From the NCBI GenBank assembly GCA_003599235.1, contig QZJE01000003.1, positions 3,779 through 67,778 of the forward strand: 64,000 bases of DNA, given 5' to 3'. The notes under the pieces are model-generated. The model was not told where the DNA came from. It saw nothing but the letters and a program-made list of their open reading frames with translations, and ran no database searches. This DNA comes from Actinomycetota bacterium (lineage in GTDB: Bacteria > Actinomycetota > Aquicultoria > SURF-47). The translations under genes and the position numbers were made by a program. Numbering within the stretch: the first letter of the stretch is position 1; every line of letters starts with the position of its first letter. Shown here in pieces: positions 1-11,024 of the stretch.

Positions 1-3000
1 TTAGCTTCTAGATCAGCTGAGGCATCTCCTGATTGGACAGTATATATAGCACTAGCACTGCTTTGAGAAGTAAAGGGTGATATATATACAGTTCTGTCAG
101 TGTCCCCAGTTTCTAGGGTTACGTTTAGAGTTCCGCCTGAAGACAAGGTGACGTTTTCGCTGAAATTAACAGTGACATTGATAGTATCGCCAACTTTGTA
201 ATTACCGTTTGCTGAGCTAGAAGTGATGCTTTCAATAGTCGGTGCCGTATTATCTATCTCTACTGTTCCTTCTTGCTGGGTAGCACCGTTACCGGCATTA
301 TCTACTGCATCTATTTTGTAGGTATAGGTTCCGTCAGATAGATAGGAGCCTAAGTCGTCTTTACCGTTCCAAGTGTGATTGTGACTACCACTTGCGCGAG
401 CGGTACTATCTTCTACAAGCGTTTTCTTTAAAGTCAAACCGCTATATATCTTCAAAGTTACTTTTGCGCTCTCATTTAGATAATAACTTATTGATGTATT
501 GGTACCCATTAATGATGGTGAAAAAGGATCCGGGGTATCAATTACTGAGGATATTACCGGATCGGTAGTATCTACAATAGTTGAATCCTCCGGAGCAGTT
601 GTGATTGCCGGTGGTGCTGTTTCATCGGTATTTAAAGCATTATCATAGGCTATTATCTTAAAGCCGTAAGTTGCATCAGAGGCTGCCGTAAATGATATTG
701 GTGAGCTCGTATAAGTGCTTCCATATTGGGTCCAGGTATAGGGGGAAGATTCCTGAGTTGTATAATAAAGCTTAACCTCCTTAAGCCCGGCGTCTCCCAC
801 ATCGGATGCATCGTAAGATACATTAAAGGTTAACCCATTACTATACTCATCTGAGCTTGCAGTTGCGCTTGGAGCCTGCCTATCAACTACGGTAGAATCT
901 TCAGGAGCCGTTGAACTTGATGGCGGATCAGTTTCATCTGTATTTAAAGCGTTATCGTAAGCAATTGCCTTAAATCCATATGTACCATCGCTTACAGCAG
1001 TAAAGGAAATTGGCGAATCAGTATAAGTGCTTCCATATTGGATCCAGGTATATGGAGCTGATGTTTGGGTAGTATAGAAAAGCTTAATTTCTTTTAATCC
1101 AGATAAACCAATATCAGAAGCGCTGTAAGATACGTTAAATGTTAGATTGTTGCTATATGAAGCTGAACTAGCGGTAGCTGTAGGATCTTCAGTATCAACA
1201 ACTATTGAATCCTCTGGAGTAGTAGTTGTTGCCGGTGGAGCTGTTTCTTCTTCGTTTAATGCATTATCGTAGGCAACAATCTTAAATCCATAATTTCCGG
1301 TAGTTGGTGCCACAAAAGAAATCGGGCTGGTGGTATAAGTGCTACCATATTGAGTCCAGGTATATGGAGCCGATGTTTGGGTTGTATAGAAAAGCTTAAC
1401 ATTTTTAAGCCCTGATAGCCCAGTATCAGAAGCAGAGTAAGCAACATTGAACGTTAGGCTATTACTATAATTTGAAACACTGGCACTTCCGCTCGGAGCT
1501 TGAGTGTCAACAATAGTTGAGTCCTCAGGAGCTGCCGAAGATGACGGGGGAGCCGTTTCTTCTTCATTGGAAGCATTGTCATAAGCTACAACTTTAAAAC
1601 CATATTGACCAGCACTAGCTGCTGTAAAAGATACCGGTGAACTGGTATGCGTAGTTCCGTACTGAGTCCAGGTGTATGGAGCAGATGTTTGTGTGGTATA
1701 GAACAGTTTGACTTCTTTGACTCCGGAGCTTCCTGCATCTGTTGCACTGTAGGAGACATCAAATGTTAAGTTCATACTATATTGGGCACTGCTGGCACTT
1801 CCACTCGGAGCTTGCATATCAACAATAGTTGATGTCTCTGGAGCCGTTGTTGCCTCAGGCGGATCTGTCTCATCACTATTTAACGCATTATCATAAGCTA
1901 CTGCTTTAAACCCGTATGTAGCCTCAGATGGTGCTACAAAAGAAATCGGTGAACCTGTATATGTGCTTCCGTATTGGGTCCAAGTATACGGTGCCGAGGT
2001 TTGGGTGGTATAGAAAAGTTTAACGTACTTTAATCCGGATAAACCGTTATCAGAAGCACTATAGGAAACATTAAAGGTTAAAGAATTGCTATAGGCTGAT
2101 GAGCTAGCGTTTCCTGTTGGCAATTCAGTATCAACAATTGTTGTATCCTCGGGAGCAGTGCTAGTTGCCGGTGGAGCAGTTTCATCTGTATTTAGTGCAT
2201 TATCATAGGCAACGATCTTAAAACCATAAGTAGCATCAGTTGGAGCCACGAAAGAAATCGGTGTATTAGTATAAGTACTGCCATACTGAGTCCAGGTATA
2301 TGGAGCTGAGGTCTGAGTAGTATAAAATAGTTTGACATATTTTAGCCCTGATAGTCCAGTATCAGAGGCATCATAGGACACATCAAAAGTAAGATCGCTG
2401 CTATATTGAGCGCTGCTAGCACTACCGGTTGGATCCTGAGTATCAACAGTTGTAGAGTCTTCCGGCGCAGTGGTAGTTGCCGGTGGAGCAGTTTCTTCTT
2501 CATTTGAAGCATTATCATAAGAGACAATCTTAAATCCATAATTACCATCTGCAGCCGCCTCAAAAGAGATTGGTGAGCTAGTATAAGTGCCACCGTATTG
2601 TGTCCAGGTATAGGGGGATGAGTTCTCAGTAGTATAAAACAATTTCACATCCTTTAATCCAGCTGGCCCTGGGTCTGAAGCAGAGTAAGCAACGCTGAAA
2701 GACAATTGATTACTATAATCAGAGACAACCGCTGTTCCGCTAGGTAGCTGGGTATCAACTACTGTTGTATCCTCAGGAGCCGTAGAGCTTGATGGAGGAG
2801 TGGTTTCATCTGTATTTAAAGCATTATCATAGGCTATAACCTTAAATCCATAAGTAGCATTTGAAGCAGCAGTAAAAGATATTGGGCTAGTGGTATAAGT
2901 ACTACCATATTGAGTCCAAGTATATGGAGCTGAGGTTTGCGTTGTATAGTATAGTTTGACATTTTTTAGCCCTGATAGTCCCGTATCAGAGGCTGAGTAG

Positions 3001-6000
3001 CTAACATTAAATGTGGCGGAATTACTATAGTTTGGTGAACTAGCTGCTCCAGTCGGATCTTCAATATCTACAATAGTAGAACTCTCAGGAGCTGACGAGC
3101 TTGATGGAGGAGCTGTTTCTTCCTCATTTGAGGCGTTATCATATGCAACTACCTTAAAACCGTATTGGGCAACGCTAGCAGCAGTAAAGGAAATTTCAGA
3201 GCCGGTGTGAGTTGTTCCATATTGAGTCCAAGTATATGGAGCTGAAGTCTGAGTTGTATAGAATAATTTTACATCTTTGACTCCGGCATCTCCATTATCA
3301 GTAGCGCTAAATGGAACATTGAAAGTTAAGCTATCGCTATATTGCGGTGCATTAGCTGTTCCAGATGGCAGTTGCGTATCTATAATAGTGCTATCCTCAG
3401 GAGCTGCCCCGCTTGCCGGCGGATCAGCCTCCTCATTATTTAAAGCATTGTCGTATGCAACTGCTTTAAAGCCATATGTACCTTCTGTTGGAGCTACAAA
3501 AGAGACCGGTGAAGTAGTGTAAGTGGTTCCATATTGGGTCCAAGTATACGGTGCCGAGGTTTGGGTGGTATAGAATAACTTGGCATATTTAAATCCAGAT
3601 AGCCCATTATCTGAGGAAGAAAATGAGACATTAAAGCTCAAATCATCATATGACGGAGAGCTAGCTGTTGCTGAAGGAAGTTGAGTATCGACAATAGTTG
3701 AGCCCTCTGGAGCCGTAGTTGTTGCCGGTGGTGCAGTTTCTTCTTCGTTTAAAGCGTTATCGTAGGCTACTAGCTTAAAACCATACTGATTATCTGTTGG
3801 AGCAACAAACGATATCGGCGAGCTAGTAAAAGTCGTCCCGTATTGAGCCCATGTGTAGGGGGCTGAGGTATTAGCAGTGTAGAAAAGTTTGACGTAATTA
3901 AGGCCTGAAGGTCCGACGTCTTCTGCACTGTAAGCAACATCAAAGGTTAAGTTCTTACTATATTGCGATGGGCTGACAGAGCCAGTTGGAGCAGCTGCAT
4001 CGACAATTATATTTTTGCTTGCCATATTATTTTCAGAGGATATTGTTAAAGTAGCATCATTGCCGGCTCCATCTTTTAAAGTGGCTCCGGGGTCAAGGGT
4101 CAGTGGGCTTTTGGCAGCTAAATCAGAACTATTATCGCCATCTTGGACGGTATAAGTGCCTGAGGCGGTTTGGCCCGGTCCAAAAGGAGTTATTGTTACT
4201 TCTCTATCCTCCGCATCACCGGTTTCTAACGGAACCTTGAGATTTCCGCTAGCTAAAGTTACATCTTCATCTGAATTAACAGTGATATTAATAGGATCGC
4301 CAGCTTTATAGGAACCATCATCAGTGCTAGAAGTCACACTTAAAGTTGGGGCTACATTGTCTAATATAATAGAGTCGGAATTATAGCTGGTAACAGTTAA
4401 ATCATTTAACACTGAAGTATTATATTGATCTCCTTCAAATTGCATTCGTAACTCAAGTGTCTTAGTGGGGGTGGTTGTTAAATTAGTGTTGCTAATGGTA
4501 ATTGGCCCTGAGTTAGCCCCCAGGTCAGACCAAACATTACTATCACTAGAGGTTGTATGAATAGGCAAAAAGTTTCCTGTTCCAAAAGCATCAGATGCTC
4601 TTGCCTGCACTTTTACCCTATAAGTAGTTAAATCAATATTGCTTCCAAGCCAATTAACTGAAGTCCATTTATATTTGTCAGGATTAGAGACATTGCCAAT
4701 TCTTAATCCGACTGCCGGGCTGCCGGTAACGCCTAATGTTGCTGATGCGTTAAATGCTAGAGAAGTTGAATAAGCAGGCGAAGGTGTTCCTCCGGAATTA
4801 GCTCCTGTGCCACCGCTGACGGTTGGAGAAGATCCTGAGCTTACAACAGCTTGTACGTGTACTTTTCCGCCACCACCGCCACCTCCATTAGGACCACCAT
4901 ATCCACTGCCTCCGTTTCCGCCGTTTGCAATAATCTTATTTAAGTTAACGTTAGGAACAGCCGATAATACATAGACGCTGCCGCCAGCTCCGCCACCGCC
5001 ACCAGCTGAACCATAATAATAATAACTGCTATCTGCATTGCCACCGCTTTGACCATAAGCCCATATCTGACCATTTAGGGTAATAGACTTAGCTTGTATC
5101 TTTACAGAGCCACCGCCGGCTCCGCCTACTCCTGCTGGTCCGCCACCATAGCCGTATGAATCACCATGTCCACCAGCTCCGCCCCCAGAACCAAGGTCTG
5201 GGTAACTACTAATTGACGAACCGCCTGCACCACCAGAATATGTACCGTTGCCTCCAGCGCCACCTGCTCCGCCGTAGCCGCCGCCGCCACCTCCACCACC
5301 GGTTTCCCCATAGCCACCGTTTCCACCGCCTGCTCCATAACGTGGTCCAGTGCCAGTTGATCCATCTGAGGCTCCTCCGGAAAAGCCTTTGTATCTTAAA
5401 TCTATTTGGGAGCCCGAATCTATGGTGACCGCTCCATCTGCCTTAAAGAACAAGACACCTCCTGTAGAACCATTCCAGCTATCAACTGTTAGGGTGCTGT
5501 TACCAGTTATTGATACATCAGAATACTGATATATCTTTACTACTTGAGCTTTGGAGGAACCATCAACAGTATACGTATTGCTTAATCCAGGAGAACTGAG
5601 AATTAGCCGTGCCGGTGAACTAGCTACGCTAGATACAGTAACTTCTTGCTTAGTTCCGGCTGAACTACCTATCATCTGCATAACCATTACTTTTTGGCCA
5701 GACGCAAACCCAGTAGTAGAGGAAACATAAACAGTGGTACCGCTAGATGTTTGAGATAAAGCAGACCTTACTACCGGCAAAGTAGTGTCAGAGGTAACTA
5801 TTAAAGGTCCGTCCGACTGATCTCCCCAATCAGTATTCAGCGATGAAATAAGTGCATCACCGCTTGAGCCAGTTAGATTTAAATTAACAGGGGTGGTAGC
5901 TGTACCTTGGCTGGTACCGTTCCAATCGCCCTCAGCGGTAAACATCTTTCCTGATATATTGCCAGCTGCATCTCTTATCCTCATATATAATGTATTTGTA

Positions 6001-8303
6001 GTGTTGTCGTTTTCAAGATACCAAGCGTTGGTTATGTCCTGAGATGTTCCAGAAGCGGTAACTGTTGTTTTGTTGTTCCAATTTGCCGCCTTGTTGTTAG
6101 AGGTACCGGAGCCTGAGTATACTCCCCAATAAGTTCCGTCTTGAGAGAACTGAACATCCAGAGTTCCCGAGGAGCCGCCTGAGTCATTAAAGATACCGGA
6201 AGCAGTAACTATTCTAGTATCAATAGTGGCATAAGTTGCGCCGCTATTTAATTGGTAATTAGCAATACTTGGAGGAGTTCGCTCGATAGTTAAGGCCGTG
6301 CCTCCGGAATTATATTGACTCCAGGCACTTCTACGTTGCTGCGTGTCTGTGGTCCTTGCTCTCCACTTGTATGTTTTTGAGAAATCTAAGTTGGAGACAG
6401 TGGCCGAACTAATCCCACCGCTAAAATTCGATCCTTGAGTTAAATTGCTGCCATCAAAGGAGGCACTTGTTTCTTTAAGTTCAAACTCAACATGCGGATT
6501 AGTGGAATCAGCTAAGCCTGCTCCTTGCGCTTTAAGAACAACGCTGCTTTCATTAGTCCAATAAGAGGTAATTTCACTTGTCTCATCAGCGTGATATTGC
6601 TTAAGATTTGTCGGTGCATCTATCGTATCATAACTTGCGCTTATATCTTTTACACTAGGTACTCCAACTCCATCATTTGATTCCAGTGTAGCTTCAATTT
6701 CTAACCATTGAGAAACACTAATAGAAGATAGGCTCCCTGAGCCACTTGTTGAGCCTTGGGTTGTTTGGTCGAAATAAGTACTCCAGCTAGACCAAGAAGA
6801 GTTATTATCAGAAGTCCTAACTCTAAATCGTATTTTAGTATTTGCCGGCAAGGATGCCGAGTTCCAGGAAAGATTGTTCCATTTTGCTTTGGTTCCATCC
6901 GAGGTAACTGAAGGATCAGCATTTATTTTTAGCCCTGACAAGGTAACCGGGGTAGGCAAAGACGATATTTGCTGCTTAGAACCAGTCATGCTCTGGGTCC
7001 AGCTGGTGCGCTGAGTAGTATCACCTAAACCTAATTGGCCATACCAATTTCTGCCGGTAGAGTATATCTTTCCATCCGATTTTAAAGCAAGTGAAAAATC
7101 GTTACCAGCCTTTATTGCAATGACGTTTGTTAACGTGGTAGATGTCCAGCTGTTTCGCTGAGTAGTATCGCCTAAACCTAATTGGCCATAGCCATTGTTT
7201 CCAGTGACCCAAACCGTGCCGTTTTTAATTGCCATAGAATGAATTGAACCTCCAGCAATTGCTGAGACCCCAGTTAAAGTAGTTGCAGTCCAACTATTAC
7301 GTTGTGTAGTATCGCCTAATCCTAGTTGACCATTATAATTACCACCAGTTGCCCATATAGTTCCGTCTTTTATTGCAAAAACATGCCTAGAACCTCCAGC
7401 AATTGCTGAGACCCCAGTTAAAGTAGTTGCAGTCCAACTATTACGTTGTGTAGTATCGCCTAATCCTAGTTGACCGTAGTCATTTAGGCCGGTTGAGTAA
7501 ACAGTCCCATCTTTTAGAGCATAAGAACTTCTATTACTAGTAGCAATAGCTGTTACCCCTGTTAGAGAGGTTTGGGTCCAATTAGTCTGACTGTTAGTAT
7601 TTCCTAATCCTAGCTGACCATTACCGTTAGCTCCTACAGACCAAACAACTCCGTCTTTTAACGCAAGGGAGTGATAATGTCCGGTAGCGATAGCCGATAC
7701 ACCCGTTAAAGGAGTTTGAGTCCAGCCATTTTTCTCACTAGTATCCCCTGTGCCAAGTTGACCATTTGCATTCCGGCCTGTTCCCCAAACAACATTATTA
7801 GCGGCTAGCGCCAAAGAGTGAGTGTAAAACTCTTCACCATTTGAAGAAACCGCCCTGAAGCCAGTTGCAGTGCCTTGTTGCCAGCTAAGCTGCTGAGTGT
7901 TATTGCCTATGCCAAGCTGACCTGAAGTATTATTTCCTGTTGCCCACACCGAATTATCAGATTTAATAACCAGAGAATGACCCCCGCTTGCCGCAAGAGG
8001 ATCAAAATTGACAGCACTGCCGATGCTAAAATTATCATTATCTGTAGGATCGTTAGCATCATTGTCTCCACTAGTAGCAACATTACCAAGGTATGTTGAT
8101 CCTGTATAATTCGAATTTGCAGCTCCATTATTTTCAAAATGATTTTTGGTTGTCCAAGTAGCCGTAATTCCTGTAGTAGCTTCTGTTTTACTCGGTTCAA
8201 TAACTATCAACGAGAATATAAAGGTGGGCAACGTAATTGCAATAATAAGAAGGAGGGAAATACACTTGTCTATTAAGTTACCGATAACTCTTTTAGTGTC
8301 CAT
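1..8303 (-). CDS. Giant repetitive cell-surface protein, 5' partial (more than 2760 aa inside the window, continues past position 1). N-terminal TM/signal anchor, RCC1-like beta-propeller repeats, a Gly-rich segment, Ig-like domains, then at least 11 tandem copies of a ~104-aa module (YTWTQYG..YGFK.VAYDNALN)
   Basis: Hand translation of the minus strand from the ATG at 8303 (MDTKRVIGNLIDKCISLLLIIAITLPTF...) stays open as far as I checked. GQLGxG/WxxGxNxxGQLG repeats occupy the first ~1 kb. A ~310-315 bp DNA periodicity runs from about 560 to 3990 (recurring ccatattgagtccaggtatatggagc motif). No competing ORF longer than 100 aa exists in any frame. It is missing from the ORF track only because there is no stop codon inside the window. 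Confidence 0.8.
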   Translation of the reverse strand, partial: MDTKRVIGNLIDKCISLLLIIAITLPTFIFSLIVIEPSKTEATTGITATWTTKNHFENNGAANSNYTGSTYLGNVATSGDNDANDPTDNDNFSIGSAVNFDPLAASGGHSLVIKSDNSVWATGNNTSGQLGIGNNTQQLSWQQGTATGFRAVSSNGEEFYTHSLALAANNVVWGTGRNANGQLGTGDTSEKNGWTQTPLTGVSAIATGHYHSLALKDGVVWSVGANGNGQLGLGNTNSQTNWTQTSLTGVTAIATSNRSSYALKDGTVYSTGLNDYGQLGLGDTTQRNSWTATTLTGVSAIAGGSRHVFAIKDGTIWATGGNYNGQLGLGDTTQRNSWTATTLTGVSAIAGGSIHSMAIKNGTVWVTGNNGYGQLGLGDTTQRNSWTSTTLTNVIAIKAGNDFSLALKSDGKIYSTGRNWYGQLGLGDTTQRTSWTQSMTGSKQQISSLPTPVTLSGLKINADPSVTSDGTKAKWNNLSWNSASLPANTKIRFRVRTSDNNSSWSSWSTYFDQTTQGSTSGSGSLSSISVSQWLEIEATLESNDGVGVPSVKDISASYDTIDAPTNLKQYHADETSEITSYWTNESSVVLKAQGAGLADSTNPHVEFELKETSASFDGSNLTQGSNFSGGISSATVSNLDFSKTYKWRARTTDTQQRRSAWSQYNSGGTALTIERTPPSIANYQLNSGATYATIDTRIVTASGIFNDSGGSSGTLDVQFSQDGTYWGVYSGSGTSNNKAANWNNKTTVTASGTSQDITNAWYLENDNTTNTLYMRIRDAAGNISGKMFTAEGDWNGTSQGTATTPVNLNLTGSSGDALISSLNTDWGDQSDGPLIVTSDTTLPVVRSALSQTSSGTTVYVSSTTGFASGQKVMVMQMIGSSAGTKQEVTVSSVASSPARLILSSPGLSNTYTVDGSSKAQVVKIYQYSDVSITGNSTLTVDSWNGSTGGVLFFKADGAVTIDSGSQIDLRYKGFSGGASDGSTGTGPRYGAGGGNGGYGETGGGGGGGGYGGAGGAGGNGTYSGGAGGSSISSYPDLGSGGGAGGHGDSYGYGGGPAGVGGAGGGSVKIQAKSITLNGQIWAYGQSGGNADSSYYYYGSAGGGGGAGGSVYVLSAVPNVNLNKIIANGGNGGSGYGGPNGGGGGGGKVHVQAVVSSGSSPTVSGGTGANSGGTPSPAYSTSLAFNASATLGVTGSPAVGLRIGNVSNPDKYKWTSVNWLGSNIDLTTYRVKVQARASDAFGTGNFLPIHTTSSDSNVWSDLGANSGPITISNTNLTTTPTKTLELRMQFEGDQYNTSVLNDLTVTSYNSDSIILDNVAPTLSVTSSTDDGSYKAGDPINITVNSDEDVTLASGNLKVPLETGDAEDREVTITPFGPGQTASGTYTVQDGDNSSDLAAKSPLTLDPGATLKDGAGNDATLTISSENNMASKNIIVDAAAPTGSVSPSQYSKNLTFDVAYSAEDVGPSGLNYVKLFYTANTSAPYTWAQYGTTFTSSPISFVAPTDNQYGFKLVAYDNALNEEETAPPATTTAPEGSTIVDTQLPSATASSPSYDDLSFNVSFSSSDNGLSGFKYAKLFYTTQTSAPYTWTQYGTTYTTSPVSFVAPTEGTYGFKAVAYDNALNNEEADPPASGAAPEDSTIIDTQLPSGTANAPQYSDSLTFNVPFSATDNGDAGVKDVKLFYTTQTSAPYTWTQYGTTHTGSEISFTAASVAQYGFKVVAYDNASNEEETAPPSSSSAPESSTIVDIEDPTGAASSPNYSNSATFNVSYSASDTGLSGLKNVKLYYTTQTSAPYTWTQYGSTYTTSPISFTAASNATYGFKVIAYDNALNTDETTPPSSSTAPEDTTVVDTQLPSGTAVVSDYSNQLSFSVAYSASDPGPAGLKDVKLFYTTENSSPYTWTQYGGTYTSSPISFEAAADGNYGFKIVSYDNASNEEETAPPATTTAPEDSTTVDTQDPTGSASSAQYSSDLTFDVSYDASDTGLSGLKYVKLFYTTQTSAPYTWTQYGSTYTNTPISFVAPTDATYGFKIVAYDNALNTDETAPPATSTAPEDTTIVDTELPTGNASSSAYSNSLTFNVSYSASDNGLSGLKYVKLFYTTQTSAPYTWTQYGSTYTGSPISFVAPSEATYGFKAVAYDNALNSDETDPPEATTAPETSTIVDMQAPSGSASSAQYSMNLTFDVSYSATDAGSSGVKEVKLFYTTQTSAPYTWTQYGTTHTSSPVSFTAASAGQYGFKVVAYDNASNEEETAPPSSSAAPEDSTIVDTQAPSGSASVSNYSNSLTFNVAYSASDTGLSGLKNVKLFYTTQTSAPYTWTQYGSTYTTSPISFVAPTTGNYGFKIVAYDNALNEEETAPPATTTTPEDSIVVDTEDPTATASSASYSNNLTFNVSYSASDIGLSGLKEIKLFYTTQTSAPYTWIQYGSTYTDSPISFTAVSDGTYGFKAIAYDNALNTDETDPPSSSTAPEDSTVVDRQAPSATASSDEYSNGLTFNVSYDASDVGDAGLKEVKLYYTTQESSPYTWTQYGSTYTSSPISFTAASDATYGFKIIAYDNALNTDETAPPAITTAPEDSTIVDTTDPVISSVIDTPDPFSPSLMGTNTSISYYLNESAKVTLKIYSGLTLKKTLVEDSTARASGSHNHTWNGKDDLGSYLSDGTYTYKIDAVDNAGNGATQQEGTVEIDNTAPTIESITSSSANGNYKVGDTINVTVNFSENVTLSSGGTLNVTLETGDTDRTVYISPFTSQSSASAIYTVQSGDASADLEA

Positions 8304-8525
8304 AAGCTTATGCTTTTTAACTAAGCGACATGGGCCTGTTTTTATCGCTACTATATATATCGGCACCTTGAGTAATAACTTTAGTTTTTTTGTTGGCGAT
8401 TGGTAAATCAGAAAACATCCTCATTTTTTAAAGTTTTTTTCGCTTACTCCGATATAGCTATAAAGCAACTAATGAATTAATTTTTGCAGTAGGTCTTTGT
8501 AGCACTTGATAAAACAGTAACTATG

Positions 8526-8570
8526 CAAGTTGCAAAAAGCCGGTCCGACGCCACCACCTAGGGCTGGCTT
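8526..8570. terminator. Bidirectional rho-independent terminator-like hairpin (A-run, GC stem, T-run) in the divergent spacer
   Basis: aaaaagccggtccgacgccaccacctagggctggctttttg. Confidence 0.4.
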
Positions 8571-8710
8571 TTTGTTTATCTACAGGTTATTTCTAAAAAA
8601 AATTAAAGGATTTTGTTTATCTAGTACGAAACTAATATATAGAGGATTCTTTTCCTTCTACTTAATAAATAGCGCTTGATTTAGTAAACCGAAAGGAGTA
8701 TTTATTAATT

Positions 8711-9076
8711 ATGACCAATCAAATTCTTGAAAAAATCGATCAACTCAGCAAAAAACAGGAAGAGCAATTTAATCAACTCAACAAAAAACAGGAAGAGCAA
8801 TTTAATCAACTCAGCAAAAAGCAAGATCATGAATTCGCTTTAATTAAGAAACGATTTGAGCAACAGGACAAGCGTTTTGATGAGCAGGATAAGCGTTTTA
8901 TTAATCACGACTACTTGCTTGATAAGCTAGCAGAAATAATTTTAGTCCACGACCAAAAGCTAGACAAGCTAGATAATGATTTACATACTTTTCATACTGA
9001 AATGCTAACCAAACATGAACAAGTAATGATAATCTTACGTACGATAGACAAGAAACTACACTGGTCTTCAGCTTAG
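8711..9076 (+). CDS. Hypothetical coiled-coil protein built from tandem peptide repeats (KKQEEQFNQL x2-3, then QDKRFDE x2)
   Basis: Complete 121-aa ORF. Two perfect 33-bp tandem DNA repeats at 8746-8811 encode the repeated decapeptide. Strongly charged and helical; no recognisable family. Confidence 0.5.
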   Translation: MTNQILEKIDQLSKKQEEQFNQLNKKQEEQFNQLSKKQDHEFALIKKRFEQQDKRFDEQDKRFINHDYLLDKLAEIILVHDQKLDKLDNDLHTFHTEMLTKHEQVMIILRTIDKKLHWSSA

Positions 9077-9090
9077 GGCTTATAGCTTGC

Positions 9091-10371
9091 TTAAGCTAAC
9101 TGTTGCTTTCCGTTATCAGCCTTAGGAGTTTTAATGTCGTTATTCTCAGTAAGCAAAGTAGGCTTAAATCCCTTCTCAACCGTTTCTTTAGTGATTACGC
9201 ATTTACGGATATCTTTTCTGGAGGGCAGATCATACATCACCTCAAGCAAGATACCCTCCATAACTGAGCGCAAGCCCCTGGCTCCGCTAGCCCGGCTGAT
9301 CGATATCTCAGAGATAGCCTCTAGAGCATCGTCGGTAAAATTAAGCTCTACTCCGTCATAGTTAAAAAACTTTTTATACTGCTTAACTAGTGAGTTCTTA
9401 GGCTCAGTAAGAATCTTTACCAAATCTTCTTTTCTTAAATTATCGATTGTAGATACAACCGGTAAGCGTCCGATAAACTCCGGTATCAAGCCGAACTTAA
9501 TTAGGTCCTCCGGCATCACTTTAGATAGAATCTCGCTAATACTTAAGTTCTGCTTGCCTTTAACGTTAGCACCAAAACCGATGCTTCCCTTGCCCAATCT
9601 TTTCTCAATAGCTTTTTCCAGTCCGTTAAAAGCACCGCCGCAAATAAACAGTATATTGGTAGTATCGATATTGATAAACTCTTGATGAGGATGCTTCCTT
9701 CCACCGTGTGGAGGAACGCTAGCCTCAGTTCCCTCTAATATTTTTAGCAAGGCTTGCTGCACACCTTCGCCGGATACATCTCTGGTAATGGAGGGATTTT
9801 CCGACTTACGGGCAATTTTGTCGATTTCATCAATGTAGATAATGCCTGTCTCGGCCCGTTTAACATCATAGTCTGCAGCCTGAATAAGCTTAAGTAAAAT
9901 GTTCTCAACATCTTCTCCGACGTAACCGGCTTCAGTTAAGGCAGTGGCATCAACCATTGCAAAAGGAACATTAAGAATCTTAGCTAACGTTTGAGCCAGC
10001 AACGTCTTTCCGCAACCCGTCGGGCCTAAAAGTAAAATATTGCTTTTTTGCAGTTCGATATCATCCGAAGAGGAACCAACCTGTATCCGTTTATAGTGGT
10101 TATAAACAGCAACCGCCAAAGTTTTTTTGGCATCGTCTTGGCCGACAACATAATCATTTAAGATTTTGTTTATTTCTTTAGGCTTTAAAAGCTCGTCTAG
10201 TTTTAACTGTACTTCTTCGCCTAGTTCTTCGTCGATAATCTCGTTGCATAAATCGATGCACTCGTCACAAATATAGACACCGGGTCCGGCAATAAGCTTT
10301 CTAACCTGGCGCTGAGTTTTGCCGCAAAAAGAGCATTTAAGTTGTTCGTCTTTTTCACTAAATCTTGCCAT
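9091..10371 (-). CDS. clpX: ATP-dependent Clp protease ATP-binding subunit ClpX
   Basis: N-terminal C4 zinc finger (CSFCGK...CDEC), Walker A GPTGCGKT, 426 aa, directly downstream of clpP. Confidence 0.95.
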   Translation of the reverse strand: MARFSEKDEQLKCSFCGKTQRQVRKLIAGPGVYICDECIDLCNEIIDEELGEEVQLKLDELLKPKEINKILNDYVVGQDDAKKTLAVAVYNHYKRIQVGSSSDDIELQKSNILLLGPTGCGKTLLAQTLAKILNVPFAMVDATALTEAGYVGEDVENILLKLIQAADYDVKRAETGIIYIDEIDKIARKSENPSITRDVSGEGVQQALLKILEGTEASVPPHGGRKHPHQEFINIDTTNILFICGGAFNGLEKAIEKRLGKGSIGFGANVKGKQNLSISEILSKVMPEDLIKFGLIPEFIGRLPVVSTIDNLRKEDLVKILTEPKNSLVKQYKKFFNYDGVELNFTDDALEAISEISISRASGARGLRSVMEGILLEVMYDLPSRKDIRKCVITKETVEKGFKPTLLTENNDIKTPKADNGKQQLA

Positions 10372-10404
10372 TTTTCCCTCCCCTTATTTAGGCGGGGTAT
10401 TGTA

Positions 10405-11007
10405 TTATTTCTTGCCTAGTTTACGTTGTGTTAAGACCTCGTCAACAATACCGTATTCTCTAGCCTGCTCAGCAGTCATAATAAAATCTCTATCGGTATC
10501 TTGCTGTACCTTCTTTAATGGCTGACCAGTATGTTTAGATAAAATTTCTTCTAATAATTTTCTAAATCGCAGTATTTCTTTCGCCTGGATATCGATATCG
10601 ATTGCCTGGCCGGTTGCCCCGCCATGCGGCTGATGGATAAGAATACGGCTGTTAGGCAAAGCAAAACGTTTACCTTTGGTTCCAGCTGCCAAAAGTACCG
10701 CACCGGCACTGGCTGCTTGCCCAATGCATATAGTGTGTATTTCCGGCTTTACGTACTGCATTGTGTCATACATAGCCAAGGCTGCTGTAATGCTTCCGCC
10801 GGGGCTATTGATATATAGATAGATATCTTTGTCCGGATCATCGGATTCTAAGTGCAGAATCTGGGCAATAACCAGATTAGCCACCGCATCATTTACCTCG
10901 GAGCCTAAGAATACTATCCGCTCGTTTAATAGTCTTGAAAAAATATCATACGACCGTTCTCCACGGCTTGTTTGTTCTACTACTATCGGTACTAATGTAG
11001 ACATCAT
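10405..11007 (-). CDS. clpP: ATP-dependent Clp protease proteolytic subunit ClpP
   Basis: Conserved core [23 protein letters not shown]...GQAASAGA. The true start is probably the internal ATG ATG at 11007/11004, preceded by AAGGGGGA; the track start at 11028 overlaps the tig stop. Confidence 0.93.
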   Translation of the reverse strand: MMSTLVPIVVEQTSRGERSYDIFSRLLNERIVFLGSEVNDAVANLVIAQILHLESDDPDKDIYLYINSPGGSITAALAMYDTMQYVKPEIHTICIGQAASAGAVLLAAGTKGKRFALPNSRILIHQPHGGATGQAIDIDIQAKEILRFRKLLEEILSKHTGQPLKKVQQDTDRDFIMTAEQAREYGIVDEVLTQRKLGKK

Positions 11008-11024
11008 CTCGTCCCCCTTAACAC

